Of a stretch of 64,000 bases of DNA, positions 1 to 15,299 are shown piece after piece. Below the pieces are notes generated by a model, which did not search any database, was not told the origin of the DNA, and was given only the letters and a program-made list of their open reading frames with translations. Source of the DNA: the human T2T-CHM13v2.0 reference genome, Homo sapiens. The position numbers and the translations under genes are program-made. The stretch lies in the NCBI RefSeq assembly GCF_009914755.1, contig NC_060931.1, one strand, 5' to 3'. Every line of letters begins with the position of its first letter. Positions within the stretch are counted from its first letter, which is position 1.

Positions 1-345
1 TTTTATGTTAACCTAAAAAAATTATTTTGTAGGCATTTCGAAGTTTGACCTCCTTTTTGTCCTAAATTGATTTTAAATCAGTATCAAATGCTGAGGACCA
101 GTAAATGAAACACTCATATGTTGTTTTGAGCAAAATTTTTTATATTATGAAAATATTATAACTTTGAAGTTGATACTTAAAATACTTGAGCCAAAGTTTC
201 TGCCTTTATGTGGGACATTTTCATGAGCTTTCTTATATCAGTTTGCTTACTTACTTTTCATAGAGTTGAGCGAGACTATAGCAAGAGACCCAGGGACATC
301 TTAACATCCTTGAATATTTCTGAATCTTTCTAAGGAATTTGATTT

Positions 346-674
346 AATTTTTTTTTTTTGAGACAGGGTCTTGATTTGTTACCCTGATGTGATCACTGCT
401 CACTGTAGCCTTGATCTCCCTGACTCAAGCAGTCCTTCCACCTGAGCCTCCTGAATAGCTGGGATCACAAGCGTGCGCCACCATGCCTTCCTTCTTTTTA
501 ATTTTTTTGTAGAGATGGGGTCTCCCTATGTTGCCAAGGCTGGTTTTAAATTTTTTCTAGAAACGAGGTCTCGCTATATTGCCCAGGCTGGTCTTAAATT
601 CCTAGCTCAATCAGTTCTCCCACCTTGGCCTCCTAAAGTGTTGGGATTATAGGTGTGAGCCATGGAGGCTGGCC
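346..674 (-). mobile_element. AluJ-like, with internal duplication
   Basis: Poly-T then Alu reverse complement; TSD aggaa(t/c)ttgattt. Confidence 0.85.
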
Positions 675-1100
675 AGGAACTTGATTTTCAGGGAGAAGCC
701 TATTCAGTGTTTCCTTGGACTTCCTCAGCCTGGTTTTATCATAGCATATTATAAGATGATAAACTGAAACCATCTGATTTGAAATCACCAACCTGGGAAA
801 TACCAGTCAGAAATTAATTCTATTTTTATGACATTCTTAAAAGACTGTTTAAAACTGACCAAAGTAAAAAATCTTCTTTTAGAGTTATAAGTGTGTAAAA
901 AAAGGCATATTCAAAATAATGTATATATTTAAGTTTACTGGACAGATTTAAATTTGTGTTCTTTGTGTAAGGCATAGATTGGAATGTTTGCTACAGGTAT
1001 TTTTTGGAACACGGATTTCAGATTGCTGTTTGCTTATAAATATGCATGACTGCTGACCTTCAGAACTGCTTTAAATTTCTCAAAAAATTTTCTCATTATA

Positions 1101-1388
1101 TGCCAGGCTTAGTGGCTTGTGTCTGTAATCCCAGCTACTTGGGAGGCTAAGTCAGGAGGACTGCTTGAGGCCAGTAGTTCGAGACCAGACTGGGCAACAT
1201 AATAAGACTGCATCTCTAAAAAAATTTTAAAAATTAGCTGAGCGTGGGTAATGTGCACGTAGTCCCAGCTGCTTGGGAGGTTGAGGCTGAAGGATTGCTT
1301 GAGCCTAGGAGTTTGAGGCTACAGTGAGGTGTGATCATGCCACTGCACTCCAGCCTGGATGACAAAGGGAGACCCTGTCTCTTAAAAG
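1101..1388 (+). mobile_element. AluJ-like
   Basis: Alu dimer; TSD aattttct(c/t)attata. Confidence 0.85.
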
Positions 1389-2896
1389 AATTTTCTTATT
1401 ATAATAGATACATTTATCTCTGATTTACTCAGTACTATAACCCCATTTAAGTAGTTTGAAGAGATTAGGGTTAAGTCCTACTGTTTTTAGTATGACTACA
1501 GTAGTTGCCACTTTAAACAATTTTTGAAATACTTTAGGCATAAAAAAGGATATAGAACAATATAATAAATTCCATATACCTACTACCTAAAGTAATAAAA
1601 ATCACAGTTATTGTTGAAGCTTATTAGGCACCCCTTCCCCATCCTAGTCCTCTCCCTTCCCAGCTGTGACCATTATTCTCAATTTGATATTTATTCTCTC
1701 CCTGCATTTTTACAAACTTTTTCTGTATATATATATGTATCCACTGAAAAAAAAAACAATGTTTGGATTGCAGGGAAAACTAAAAAGTGTAATATTGTTT
1801 TATATGTTTTTAAGCTTTGTATAAGAGGTTAAACTTTATTGGTACATGTAGTTATAGTTTACTCACTTTAAATGCTGTAGATATTTGATATAATGGAGTG
1901 TGAAAGTAATACATGTTTTTTGTAGGGAATTTTAAAAATAAAGGGAAGTATGAAGATGATAAAAATTTGTAGCCCAGCTATCCAGAGATACTACAGTCAA
2001 TATTTTGGTTTTTTCCTTTGCTTCTTGTCTTCCCACTTATGTATGTATTTTTTGGTACCCTTTAATATAAAAGGGACCCAGTTTTAAGGATTACATAAAA
2101 TTGCAAAACAGCTACATAAAGCCTGTAATCCCATTTTAATTGATTCTTAGTTGAAAAGGGGGAAAGAAAATGAATGAGCATTATATATCAGACATACTTG
2201 GTAAATTTACTACCTATACCAGATATTGATAGTCTATTTCTTAATATGCAAACACCATAGAAGTGGCATCTGGAAAGAGGCTGTATTACTGAACATGCTT
2301 TTAAATTTATATGAGATTTTTCTAGTAAACAAATTTTCCAGATAGGTGATGCTTATCTTTTTAAACGTTAAATACTGTTTTGGTTTTAACCATTTTTTAT
2401 GGGAAAAAGGAAAATAAAAAGCCTACAAGTATTTCTGTGCTCATTAAGCCAGAATACTGTGGTGTGCTTATAATTTTATCTTTTCTTGGCAACTTGATGT
2501 CACTGTGGAAAGCACTGATTACTGAACTGTGTTGTGACTTCTTTTGTTCTAGGTGCCTTTGAACCCTTGTGCACTTTTTAGTTAGATCTTTATTAACATG
2601 CTATGCCACTGCAGGGAGGGAGCAGGAAAAGCATGATACACAATTTAAGACAAGTGCCACCATAGGCTACTGTTGGCAAACAAGAGCTCCACCAAACTTT
2701 TTAAAGTGAAGAAGCAACAGTCTGAGCCATTTTTCTCACCAGTGGCAGGAGGGGGAGACTTCCACCAGCAACATGGAATCTTCAGTGGATGCAGCTGACC
2801 AACCCTCCTGACTTCTCAGTCTTTTCCCACCACTGCTCACCCTTTATGTTCAGATGTATTCAGCACTAGATAACCATACTTATTAACTATAAGTGA

Positions 2897-2930
2897 TGTG
2901 TGTGTGTGTGTGTATGTGTATATATATATA
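2897..2930. repeat. (TG)n(TA)n microsatellite
   Basis: Read directly. Confidence 0.9.
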
Positions 2931-3137
2931 AAACTGTACTTTAAGAATAAATATATATAAACTATATGTGTAACAAATTTATAATATATAAACTATAAAT
3001 CTGTGAAAGTATTCAGCATTATATAACGGCAGGCTGTGGTGATTTAGATTGGTGGAGCTCCTGACCATGCCTGAAAATCCCTGTACCCCACTTTGACCGT
3101 GATTTTTTAAAGGAATATTGTTTTTTTACATCTGTAT

Positions 3138-3138
<1 letters not shown>

Positions 3139-3203
<65 letters not shown>
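3139..3203. repeat. An(TA)n(CA)n compound microsatellite
   Basis: Read directly. Confidence 0.9.
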
Positions 3204-3205
<2 letters not shown>

Positions 3206-3905
3206 TATTTTTTAGAGCAGTTTTAGCTTTACAGAAAAATTGAGTGGAGAGTATGGAGAGTTACCATATTCTCTCCTACCCGTTTCCTTTATTAATATCT
3301 TGCTGTTGTGTGGTAGATTTGTTACAGTTGATGAACCAATATTAACAGAAGTCCATAGTTTACATTCAAGTTCATTCTGTGTGTTTGTGCAGTCTGTGGA
3401 TTTTGACAAATATATAATCATTCAGAATGGTTTCACTAATCCAGAAGTCTCCTGGTGCTCCTGTCTTCCCTCCTTTCTCTAACCCCTGACAACTATTTTT
3501 TTTTACTGTCTCCATAGTTTTGCCTTTTCCAAAAATGTCCTGTGGTTGGAATCATACAAATGTAGCCTTTTCAGATTGGCTTCTGTCACTAAGCAATATG
3601 TATTTAATGGCTTGATAACTTTTCATGGCTTGATAACTCATTTCTTTTTAATGCTGAATAATATTTCACTGTATGGATGTACCACAAGTTGTTTATCATT
3701 CACATACTGAGTAACATCTTGGTTGTGTTCAAGTTTTAGCAATTGTGAATAAAACTGCTGTGAATATTTATTTGTGTGCTGGTTTTTGTGTGGACATAAG
3801 TTTCAGCATATTTGAGTAAATACCAAGGAGTGCAGTTGTTGGATCCTATGGTAAGACTATGTTTAGTTTTGTAAGAAATTGCCAAACAGGCTTCCAAAGT
3901 GGCTG
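3204..3905 (-). mobile_element. Old L1M 3' fragment
   Basis: L1M 3'-end motifs (ttagagcagttttag...cagaaaaattgag; gtatggatgtaccaca; ttccaaagtggctg). Confidence 0.75.
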
Positions 3906-4849
3906 ATGTATATATTTTCAGGTTGCTCGTGTGTTTTTCAAAAACACCTTACTCAGGTATATTGATGGACTGCTTGCCCTGTGATAGGATTACAAGTAAT
4001 TGAGGTCTGTGGGGCTGGTTGTCCCTACATAAATAATACCAGCTGGTTGTACTTCGCTTGTTCTTGTTTGCTTTCTCTTTTCTTTATCTATTTTTTTCCT
4101 TTTCCATGTGTTTTTACTCTCTTTATCTTGCTTTACCAGTTCTGCTTTGTCCTCAGAAATCAGAGGACTGCATTTGTTGGAATAGTGTATAAATTTAAAA
4201 GGCAAAATAAAACAAGTCCAAGTCCTTTCTCAGGGTCTCTAGGCGGTTGGGGATGGTTGAGATTGTAGCATTAAGTAAGGTATTGTTGGAGCATTAATTT
4301 GACTATATAGAATATAATCTTCAGAGATGGGAAAAGGGAAACAATACGTTAATAAAACTTGCTTTCCTTTGTAATTTGTTAATTATAGGGCAACTGTATA
4401 AAATGTTTTAAGACTATGATAGCAGAAGAGTTTTGGTTTTTTTCCTACCTTTCTCTGGGAGAGCTTTTCAGCTTCTACTGTTACAGTTTTTGTTTGTTTG
4501 TTTGTTTTTTAAGCACACCACCTTTGGGAGTGTTACAGTTCTTTAAAGAGGACCGAGCCTTTGCTTAAGGCTAGCTTCATACTGTTTGTATAATTCTGTT
4601 TGTATGTGCATTTGTACATACCCCCAGCTGCAGCAGAATATCAATAGATTCTGTTCTCCCAGGAGAAGGGCAAGGACTGTATCCAATCTTATCTGGGGTA
4701 TGTATCCAAATGACCTAAGACAGTCTTCCTAATAAACACTTTTGGACCGCAGGGTTCAGACTCTCCTGGGGTGGAATCTTTTTTTGTTACCTTTCTTTCT
4801 GCCTGCTCGTTTAAGTCAGGATGCATGCAAGGCCCACGTCTCCAGTGCC

Positions 4850-5664
<815 letters not shown>

Positions 5665-6868
5665 TTTTCAATGGGTTTTTTTAGAACAAAGTTTAGAATG
5701 ATATGTTTATGCCTGTGAACATTTATCTTGTTAGATTATGCTCACTAAGCCATTGGGGTGTTTGGGGAATTTGATCAATGTATCTTTTCTGTCTCTTTTC
5801 AGTTTCGAAAACTATCCCTCTGCTGCTGCTTTTCTTCCACTTGTCTTTTCTCAATAGCTGATTCTAGTTTGTGTTGCTTCGATAGATACGTATGGCTAAA
5901 CATAAACCTTAGACAATAGAAAAACGTATTCATTTGCAAAGCTGCCAGGGTGTTTGGAGTGCTTGAATCATATTGAACTTCAAGAACCATTATGTTTCTT
6001 TGTCTTTTTGACAGTTATTGGAGCCAATTTGTGTGTTTTCAGTTTCTCTTAAACTTTCAGTATGTATTTGAAAAGCTTGCAGGCCCCAGTTACTGTGTCT
6101 ATAATGCCTAGTAAGTAAAATGACCCACAGACCAGTCAATAAGACAGGGCTTAACAGGAGAGTAATCCTTGGTCCTCAGTTTCCCAACTGTACAGTGAAA
6201 TACTTGGATTAATCACCATGTTTCCACTTGTGCTCTGGAGTTCTGAGTGGTGAGGAGGATGAATGGCTTTAACTCTCTGCATTCCCATACCCTTCAATAG
6301 AAGAAATTCCACTGTTACCTTACATTTTGAGGTTCTGTACAGGATTCTGCTTAAAGAAAAGGCTCTGCTGAAAAAAAAAAAAAAGAAGAAGAAGATTCAT
6401 TGGAAACCCCTGCAAAAAAGCAAGGAAGAAAATGGCTCCCAGAGGACACTGGGCAGCTTGGAAAGTCTGTATGTGTCCCTGATTTCATGAGTTTGGAGGC
6501 CTCTGGTATTTCATTTGGTAAAAAGAAGAAGAGCTTATGCTGTTTGTCTTTTCTTTCTCAAACCTGGACATAACAATGGTTATAAAAGTAATCACAGTCT
6601 TATTATTTTGAAGGGAGAAATAAATCTATAAAGCAGAAATAAAGTTTTTATAATCCATAATTCTATTTTGCATAGATAAAAAGTATTCTTAATAGTTTTA
6701 GTATATCTTTTGAAATTATTTTGTTTGTCCACAACCATATTTATTTACACTTAAAAAAATGAGACCACACTCATTCTAGCAGATTTTATAACCTGTTGTT
6801 TTCAATTTCCATCATTTTATGGATTTTTTTGTGTGTCAATACACATAAATCTATTTCATCCTTTAAGA

Positions 6869-7102
6869 CAAGCTTATCCAACCCGCAGCCCACAAGCTGC
6901 ATGCGGCCCAGGATGCCTTTGAATGTAGCCCAACACAAATTCATAAACTTTCTTAAAACATTATGAGATTTTTTTGTGATTTTATTTATTTTTTTTTTTT
7001 TTCTAAGCTCATCAGCTATCGTTAGTGTTAGTGTATTTTATGTGTGGCCCAAGACAATTCTTCCAACGTGGCCTGGGGAAGCCAGAAGATTGGACACCTC
7101 TG
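6869..7102 (-). mobile_element. MER30 (hAT-Charlie MITE)
   Basis: Termini caagcttatccaaccc...gattggacacctctg; 8-bp TSD ctttaag(a/g). Confidence 0.85.
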
Positions 7103-8187
7103 CTTTAAGGCTTCTGTGATATTTCTCTGTACCAAGAGTTAATATTCCTTGTTGCACAGCACATGGAGTCTATTCTAAAGTAGACTCTAGTTTTTTTTGT
7201 ACATTGCTACTGGCACAGTTTTTTTTTTTTCAATAGTTCACTCTTTTTGGGGGTTGTGATATGTGGTGTTTTTTTCTGGTTGCTTCCTTTTCCTCTGGTT
7301 TGACTACAGATCAAGACCTGTGTTATCCCAGTCAAGCTACAGATACAGATTGCCCTTTTCTTTCAGACAATAGCTCTAATTTAATGTCCCCTTTCATAGT
7401 TACAAGTCTGTTCTTCAGAACAAAATCTTGGCAGCCAGAATTATACTTGACACTTTATTCCAGCATATTACTGCTGGCGAGAAAGACGGTTGACTTGTTT
7501 TGACCCAAGTGAGCTTAGTTCTAAGAGACTAGGAAGGTGGATGATGAGCAGCTTTTGGTGGTTTGACAGCCAGCTGCAGGACATCCATTGTGGCCAGGAC
7601 CGAGTAGCTGCTGATAAATGTGGGTATGGTAAATTACATTTGATGGCCTCTTTTCCCCTTCTGTTTTTGAGAATTTTATCAAAGATTACACTGAGAAAGT
7701 GGTATTGAGAAAAATATTTTTTATTCTTATGGGATAATTATTCTCTTCTCTAGCCTATACTTCTTGTAAATGGCAACATTGGTAGTAGTCATGGAAAAAT
7801 TTTGGTGATTGGTTTTTTTAAACAGGAAATATAGTGTAAATGTTATTTAGGTAGTTTTGATTTCTTTAGGAACTTAGGTAGCATTTCTCCCCTCCTTCTG
7901 TGAGTTTAGTGATATCTTTTATAGACTTAAATTCTAAAATGGAGATGTTATGCCTAGTTTTAGGTAAAGGCATTTTAATTTTATGTTCAATTACTTTCTA
8001 AATTTTGCTTTAGTCTTGAAATATAATATGCTTTTTTACTTTAACATCCTTGTGTAGGATTCTAATTTGATTTTTTTTCCTTCTTACTACTGTGCCTCTA
8101 ATTTTGATTATATGGCATCTTTAATTTTCTAAGTAATTCAAGATACAGTTTATCTCAATGAATTAACTCACAAAGTAAATATGGGAA

Positions 8188-8409
8188 TTTTTTTTGGGAC
8201 AGGTTCTCACTCTGTCCCCCAGGCTGCAGTGCAGTGACACAGTCTCTGCTTACTGCAGCCTCGACCTCCATGGCTTTACTGATCCTCCCTTCTCAGCCTC
8301 CCGAGTAGCTGGGATTATAGGCGTGCGCCACCATGCCTGGCTAATTATTGTGTTTTTAGTAGAGATGGGGTTTCACTATTTTGGCCAGGCTGCTCTCAAA
8401 CTCCTGACA
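8188..8409 (-). mobile_element. 5'-truncated Alu
   Basis: Alu reverse complement ending within the left arm. Confidence 0.85.
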
Positions 8410-8663
8410 ATTTATGGGGATTTTGGTTATTTGATCTTGACTCTTCCATATATACTTGATTTCCAGTAATTGGCGTGGTTCCAGTTTTACATTTTGTTGT
8501 TTCCTTGTTCCTAAATTTATATAAATAATAATTTGTACAGATTTTCATACCTTTTAAAATTCAACTTAAAATAATTTTTATAAATTGGTTTAATACAAAC
8601 ATAGAAATGGTGTGCCCAACTCTCCATTTTCCTTAAAAAGTCAGCCCCTTGTCCCCACAACCC

Positions 8664-8968
8664 TTTTTTTTTTTTTTTGCGAGATGGAGTCTTGCTCTGT
8701 CGCCCAGGCTGCAGTGCAGTGGCATGATCTCAGGGCTCACTGCAACCTCCACCTCCTGGGTTCAAGCCATTCTCCTGCCTCAGCCTCCCGAGTAGCTGGG
8801 ATTATAGGTGCATGCCACCACACCCAGCTAATTTTTGTGTCTTTAGTAGAAACAGGGTTTCACCATGCTGGCCAGGCTGGTCTCGAACTCCTGGCCGCAG
8901 GTGATCCGCCTGCCTCAGCCTCCCAAAGTGCTGGGATTACAGGCGTGAGCCACTGCGCTCTTCCGCCC
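8664..8968 (-). mobile_element. AluS
   Basis: Alu reverse complement. Confidence 0.9.
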
Positions 8969-9351
8969 CCCCTTTTTTAAAAAAAGTAATATTTTTCTCT
9001 TTCCATCTACTGAAAATGGGAATGGATAGTTAGCTAAACAATTTAATATAGGTGAAGAAGAACATAAAGTCAGTTGAACACTCTGGCGCTCACAGAATAC
9101 TGTAGCTTCACAAGACTGCTTTGGCAACTTTATAAACTGCATTTATTCCTGTGGCTGAGAATCATGCTGTCAGACCTCTCAGTTTGTGGGAATCAACTCT
9201 CAAAGTAGCTATTGTATATTATCTAAGGCAGTGATGGTGGGGTTGAGGGTTGAGGGAGCAGGAGATGTATTAGAGGGACCAGGATGGGTGGCTGCAGGTA
9301 CAATTTGAAAAATCAATTCAACACACATACCGTTTTATAATACAAATTCAC

Positions 9352-9640
9352 GGCTGGGTGCTGTGGTTCATGCCTGTAATCCAAGTACTTTAGGAGGCCA
9401 AGGTAGGAGGATCGCATGAGCCCAGGAGTTTAAGACCAGCCTGGCAACATAGTGAGACCTGGTCCCTACAAAAAAAGTTTTTTTAATTAGCTGGGCGTGG
9501 TGGCTCCCGTCTGTAGTCCCAGCTACTCTGGAGGCTGAGGCAGGAGGGTCCCAGGAGGTCAAGGCTGCAGTGAGCCATGATTGCACCACTGCACTCCAGC
9601 CTAGGTGATTGAGTGAGACCCTGTCTCTTAAAAGACAAAA
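9352..9640 (+). mobile_element. AluJ-like
   Basis: Alu dimer. Confidence 0.85.
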
Positions 9641-10761
9641 CCCAAATTTACCGTACCCCCAGTAAAACCCAAATTTTGGCTTGAAGATTAATTAATTAAT
9701 AGCTTAATTATTAAGCTATTAATACATAATAGCTTGCATTAGCAGTTAAGGAGCCCAAGCAAATAATGAGTGGAGACTGTGCTCGGGTACAAAGGGTGGG
9801 ACTCTGATGGAGCAGCTGGAACACTTGATTGAGAAGCAGGAGATAGGGGTTCAAGTTTTGGATTTGCCACCAATTAGAGATGTGACTTTGGGTAACTCAC
9901 TGGGTCTTTCTTGGTCACAATTTGGAAAATGAGAACATCAAACTAGTCTCCAAAGTCTTAAGCATTTTAGGTTTGCCTCTGGTTAAAGGAATGCTCTGTG
10001 GACAGTTGGATTTGACCAGTTATCAAGGTAAGATTATATCTTTGGGAACCAAAGTAAACAGTTCCAGATTTTTCAGCCAGTCTTCATCAGGGTGTTATTT
10101 GTACATCCTAACAAATCACAGAGCCGTGGAGACCTTATGATGAATAACCATAAGCCTCCTGGCTCTTCCCTTTTCTTGCCATCCCAGTCCTACTATCCAG
10201 AGACAGCCTTTAAAAACTTTTTCACTATTTCTGTTTTTAGCTTCACTTGTGGTTACTTCCATAAGCCTTAATAATGTGTTTAGACTTCTGTTCCTTGATT
10301 TATCAACTTTAGATGATACCTGTGAAGTTTTTGATGTGAAAAATGAGAATTTAACTCACTTTTTTACCCCTGTCATTATTTGATATTTATATTACTTTGA
10401 AAGTCATTTATTAATTATCTTTATAATTTTAAATGATAAACTTTAATTTTTTGATCCATCAACTTCCTGTAGGGCCTCTTAACTTGCCATTTTGGAAAAT
10501 GGGATTGTAAATACCCCCTTCACGTCCCTCTTTTTATATTCTACCTTCTGATACCTGTACTCAACTTGCATATTGTCTAGGTTATAAAAGGTTAATATTT
10601 TTATTCTGTCTTCCATTCACCACCAAGTATTGTGTGCTTTCCTTTATATTTAGATTGCTGTTTTTATTGCATTCGCTTTCTCTGCCTGCTGTGAACATAT
10701 GCAGAATCATAAGTGTACGATTACTCAAAATGTTTATGTCTTTTAAAAGCTAAGGAAATAA

Positions 10762-11453
<692 letters not shown>

Positions 11454-11875
11454 TGAATACTAGTTATCATTAACAGTGCTATTTATAATAGTGAGAAATT
11501 GGAAATAACCTAAATGACTTCAGAGGATTGGTAAACTAAACTACTGTATGTTCTTACAGGGAATGCTCTGTAGACATTTAAAAAAGATACAAAAATGTTA
11601 ATAACATGGAATATTTTAATCTATATTAAGTGAAAAAATATTTGTAATACAGTATATACAATATAGGCTCATTTTTGTTTAAAAACAATGAAACAAAACC
11701 AACTGTATAAGAAACTAGCAGGGGAAATGCTGGAAGCATATACATAAAATAGTTAACTTGGTAATGTAGCTATCTCAGGTTACAGTGATTTGTGTTTATT
11801 TTTAATTCCCCTATATTTTCTCAGTTACCCCCAAAGAACACAAGTCACTTCTAAAAGAATACATTCTTTAAAAAC

Positions 11876-12093
<218 letters not shown>

Positions 12094-13622
12094 AGAATAC
12101 ACTTTTTAAACTTAGAGATACAAAATTAGAATTGCCAGTCATAGGTTTTCTTGGAATACACATGCTACAATAATGTAGGAGTACCTGATAAGAATTCAGT
12201 AAATATTTGTTGAATGAAGGAGAGAATGATTGAATAGCAGAGATTCCTAGGTCTGTGGTATTGGCACTTAAATACTTTCATAATTTTATCCAGAAACAAA
12301 TCCTTAGTTCAGTTATTTCAGAAGAAAAATCATGAATTGAGCTGTCCTGCAGAAGCTAGGAAATAGCTTTAACTGGCTGTTGGTTGTGTAGTGACAGATC
12401 CAGCAGAATTGAGCCCGCCACTGAAGCAGCCAGGCAACAATGCTGTTTCACAGTATGCAGGATCTGAATAAAAGTGTCCTTTGTGCTTATTTGAGACTGG
12501 GGGGCGGGACTTGTGGCAATTTACGTTATTTTTCCATAATGGAAATTGAGGCAGCCTCTAATCCTGCTATCACACATGGCAACTACTTATTTGATTTTTG
12601 GTAATTTGGGAGCAGCTGTGGACAAACAATTATTCTGCAAAAAGAGCCATGCCAGCTGCATTCTGACCCAGTTGCAAATGCTTGGGTAGACCAAACTTCC
12701 TATTCACCATCTTTCTAAACCAGGGATAGCTTTAACAACTCACCTGCTTTTTATTGATATGTGTAGCTTCTGGTAAGCGTCTACATATTTGAGAATGCAC
12801 TCTCTAATGCTTTTTTATTGTTGTCACCAACCTTCACTAGGCACCTACTTCATTCAGGCAGTGTGCCAGACACAGGGTTGTAAGCTACAAGATGTTATAC
12901 AGTGTGGATAGACTGCTTTCATTTTGACAGGTGGGTCAGCATTAGCTTTATTTTTAGTAGACTAAATGGCAGTGTAAAGAAAGAATCTGGTGTGGAGGCA
13001 GTTGGGAGCTGTGTTCCTTTGGTCCCCAGACTCCCCCTGAATCTGCTGTCTGCGCGTTCATTGATGTCCCCTTGCTATGCCATGTGCTTTCACAAGCCGT
13101 TGCTGCTGCCTGCAGTGCCCTTTTTTTCATTCTGGAGCCTGACGAGCTTCTGACTGTAGACTCTGTCATTTCCTTCAGGATGCCTGCCCCATGTCCTTGC
13201 AGTTTTGTCTTCTCTGTGCTCCCTTAACCCTTAGCAAATATCACTAGAATAGGATTTGTTTTTTAAATGGCGAAAGCCTACTTACTTAACTGTATTAATT
13301 CAGTCTTTCAGTATACACTTATTTATTTTTTAAGCTCTTATAACCCAGGGGCTTAGAGAGATGTTTCAGTAAAGAAACATAGGAAATTAGGTAGGTAGGG
13401 TCATCTATAATGAGTAAAAAGACAGCGTACTTTTGACTGTGAACGTCTGTAGGGCAAGGACAAAACGCTGACAATCTTTATTTCTGTCTCTATAGTGCTG
13501 AATTATCACAAGGGACAAATTGGCCTGAATAATTGTATGAACCCACTCTATTAGAAATTACCTTCACACTGATAGATAATGGCCTGTGATAAGAAGCAAG
13601 TCAAAACTTTTTAGAATGTAGA

Positions 13623-13801
13623 ACTGCACTGTTCAATATAGTAGCCACAAGCCACATATGGCCATTTAATATTAATTAAAATTAAACATTTAATTCCTTA
13701 TGATCTCATGTGGTCAGTAGTCCACATGTCCAGCTACAGTTTTGGACAGCACACATTTAGAATATTTCCATCATTGCAGAAAGTTCTACCAGACAGTGCT
13801 A
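13623..13801 (-). mobile_element. MER3-like hAT-Charlie MITE
   Basis: gtagccacaagccacatatggc...attgcagaaagttcta. Confidence 0.7.
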
Positions 13802-14244
13802 ATCCAGAACCTATAAGAGAGTTGACATATTTTAAGCATTTGATGAAGTACATTGACTTAACTCTTCTCTATGGAAAGATGTTCCGGCAAGCCAAAATTC
13901 CCCATGCTGTCTTTACATTTTTTCCTTTGCTTGTGGCACCCTCTAGTGTTCTAGTAATACATAGTCTATTTATAATTTGAATAGAAGAAGATTGGAATAT
14001 TTTGGAGAATTCTGTATGTGTAGCATTTTTCTAGGGAGGAGCTCTGTAGCTTTCACCCATCCCCAAGAAAGTTTATGATTCAAAAACGATTAAGAACTCT
14101 ATGATAGAGGTATTTGTATGGTCAAAATTCCTAATGTGATCTGTAAACATTATTTCACCCAGTGTAAAAAAAAAAAAAAAAATCATGTAACTGTCCCTTC
14201 AACATTTCTTTGCTGTCCTCATCTTTGTACATGGAATAAGAATA

Positions 14245-14465
14245 AGTTACACTTATATAGCACTCACTATATACCATGTCCCCTTAAGCCCTTTTTCAAA
14301 TAGTAATTCATTTTGTCCCCAGTAATTCTATGAAGTAGATTCTGTTATTTTCCTTCATTTGACAGATGTTACAACTAAGACAGAAAAAGTCAAATGAAAC
14401 TTCTCCAAGTTGCTAGTAAGTGGCAGAGCAAGAAATGGAATACAGTATTCTGGTTCCAGAGTTTG
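14245..14465 (-). mobile_element. MIR
   Basis: MIR core reverse complement (catttgacagatg...agtaagtggcagagc). Confidence 0.6.
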
Positions 14466-14891
14466 TACCACCCCGCCGGAGAAGTGAGGATGTGTTTAAG
14501 TAGGCATGAGGTAGAATGGAGAGGAGACTCTCCAGACACTTGTACATGCTGAGCCCAGTTGTATAATAAGAAAAAAGAATGGTAACTCTAAATCGCTCTT
14601 TCCCATGCTGGAAATGATAGCCATTACCCACCACTGATTTTCAGTAGGTCTACGCAGTCCGCTAGGGAGTTAGAATGGTAGATAAAGGTCAAAGGTACCA
14701 TTGCTACCACATTTTCTTTGGTTTCCAAAAACCTGATCTATTCATCGAGTAATATGACAAATTATTTTCTGTTTGTCAGTGTTATTTCTATGAAGAGACA
14801 GTATAGTACTATGATGTTGATTTTGAGGTTTGCAGGAATGTTAGACTTAAAGAGTAGGTCAGATAGACTCACAAACATAAGTTTGTGTTGA

Positions 14892-15299
<408 letters not shown>

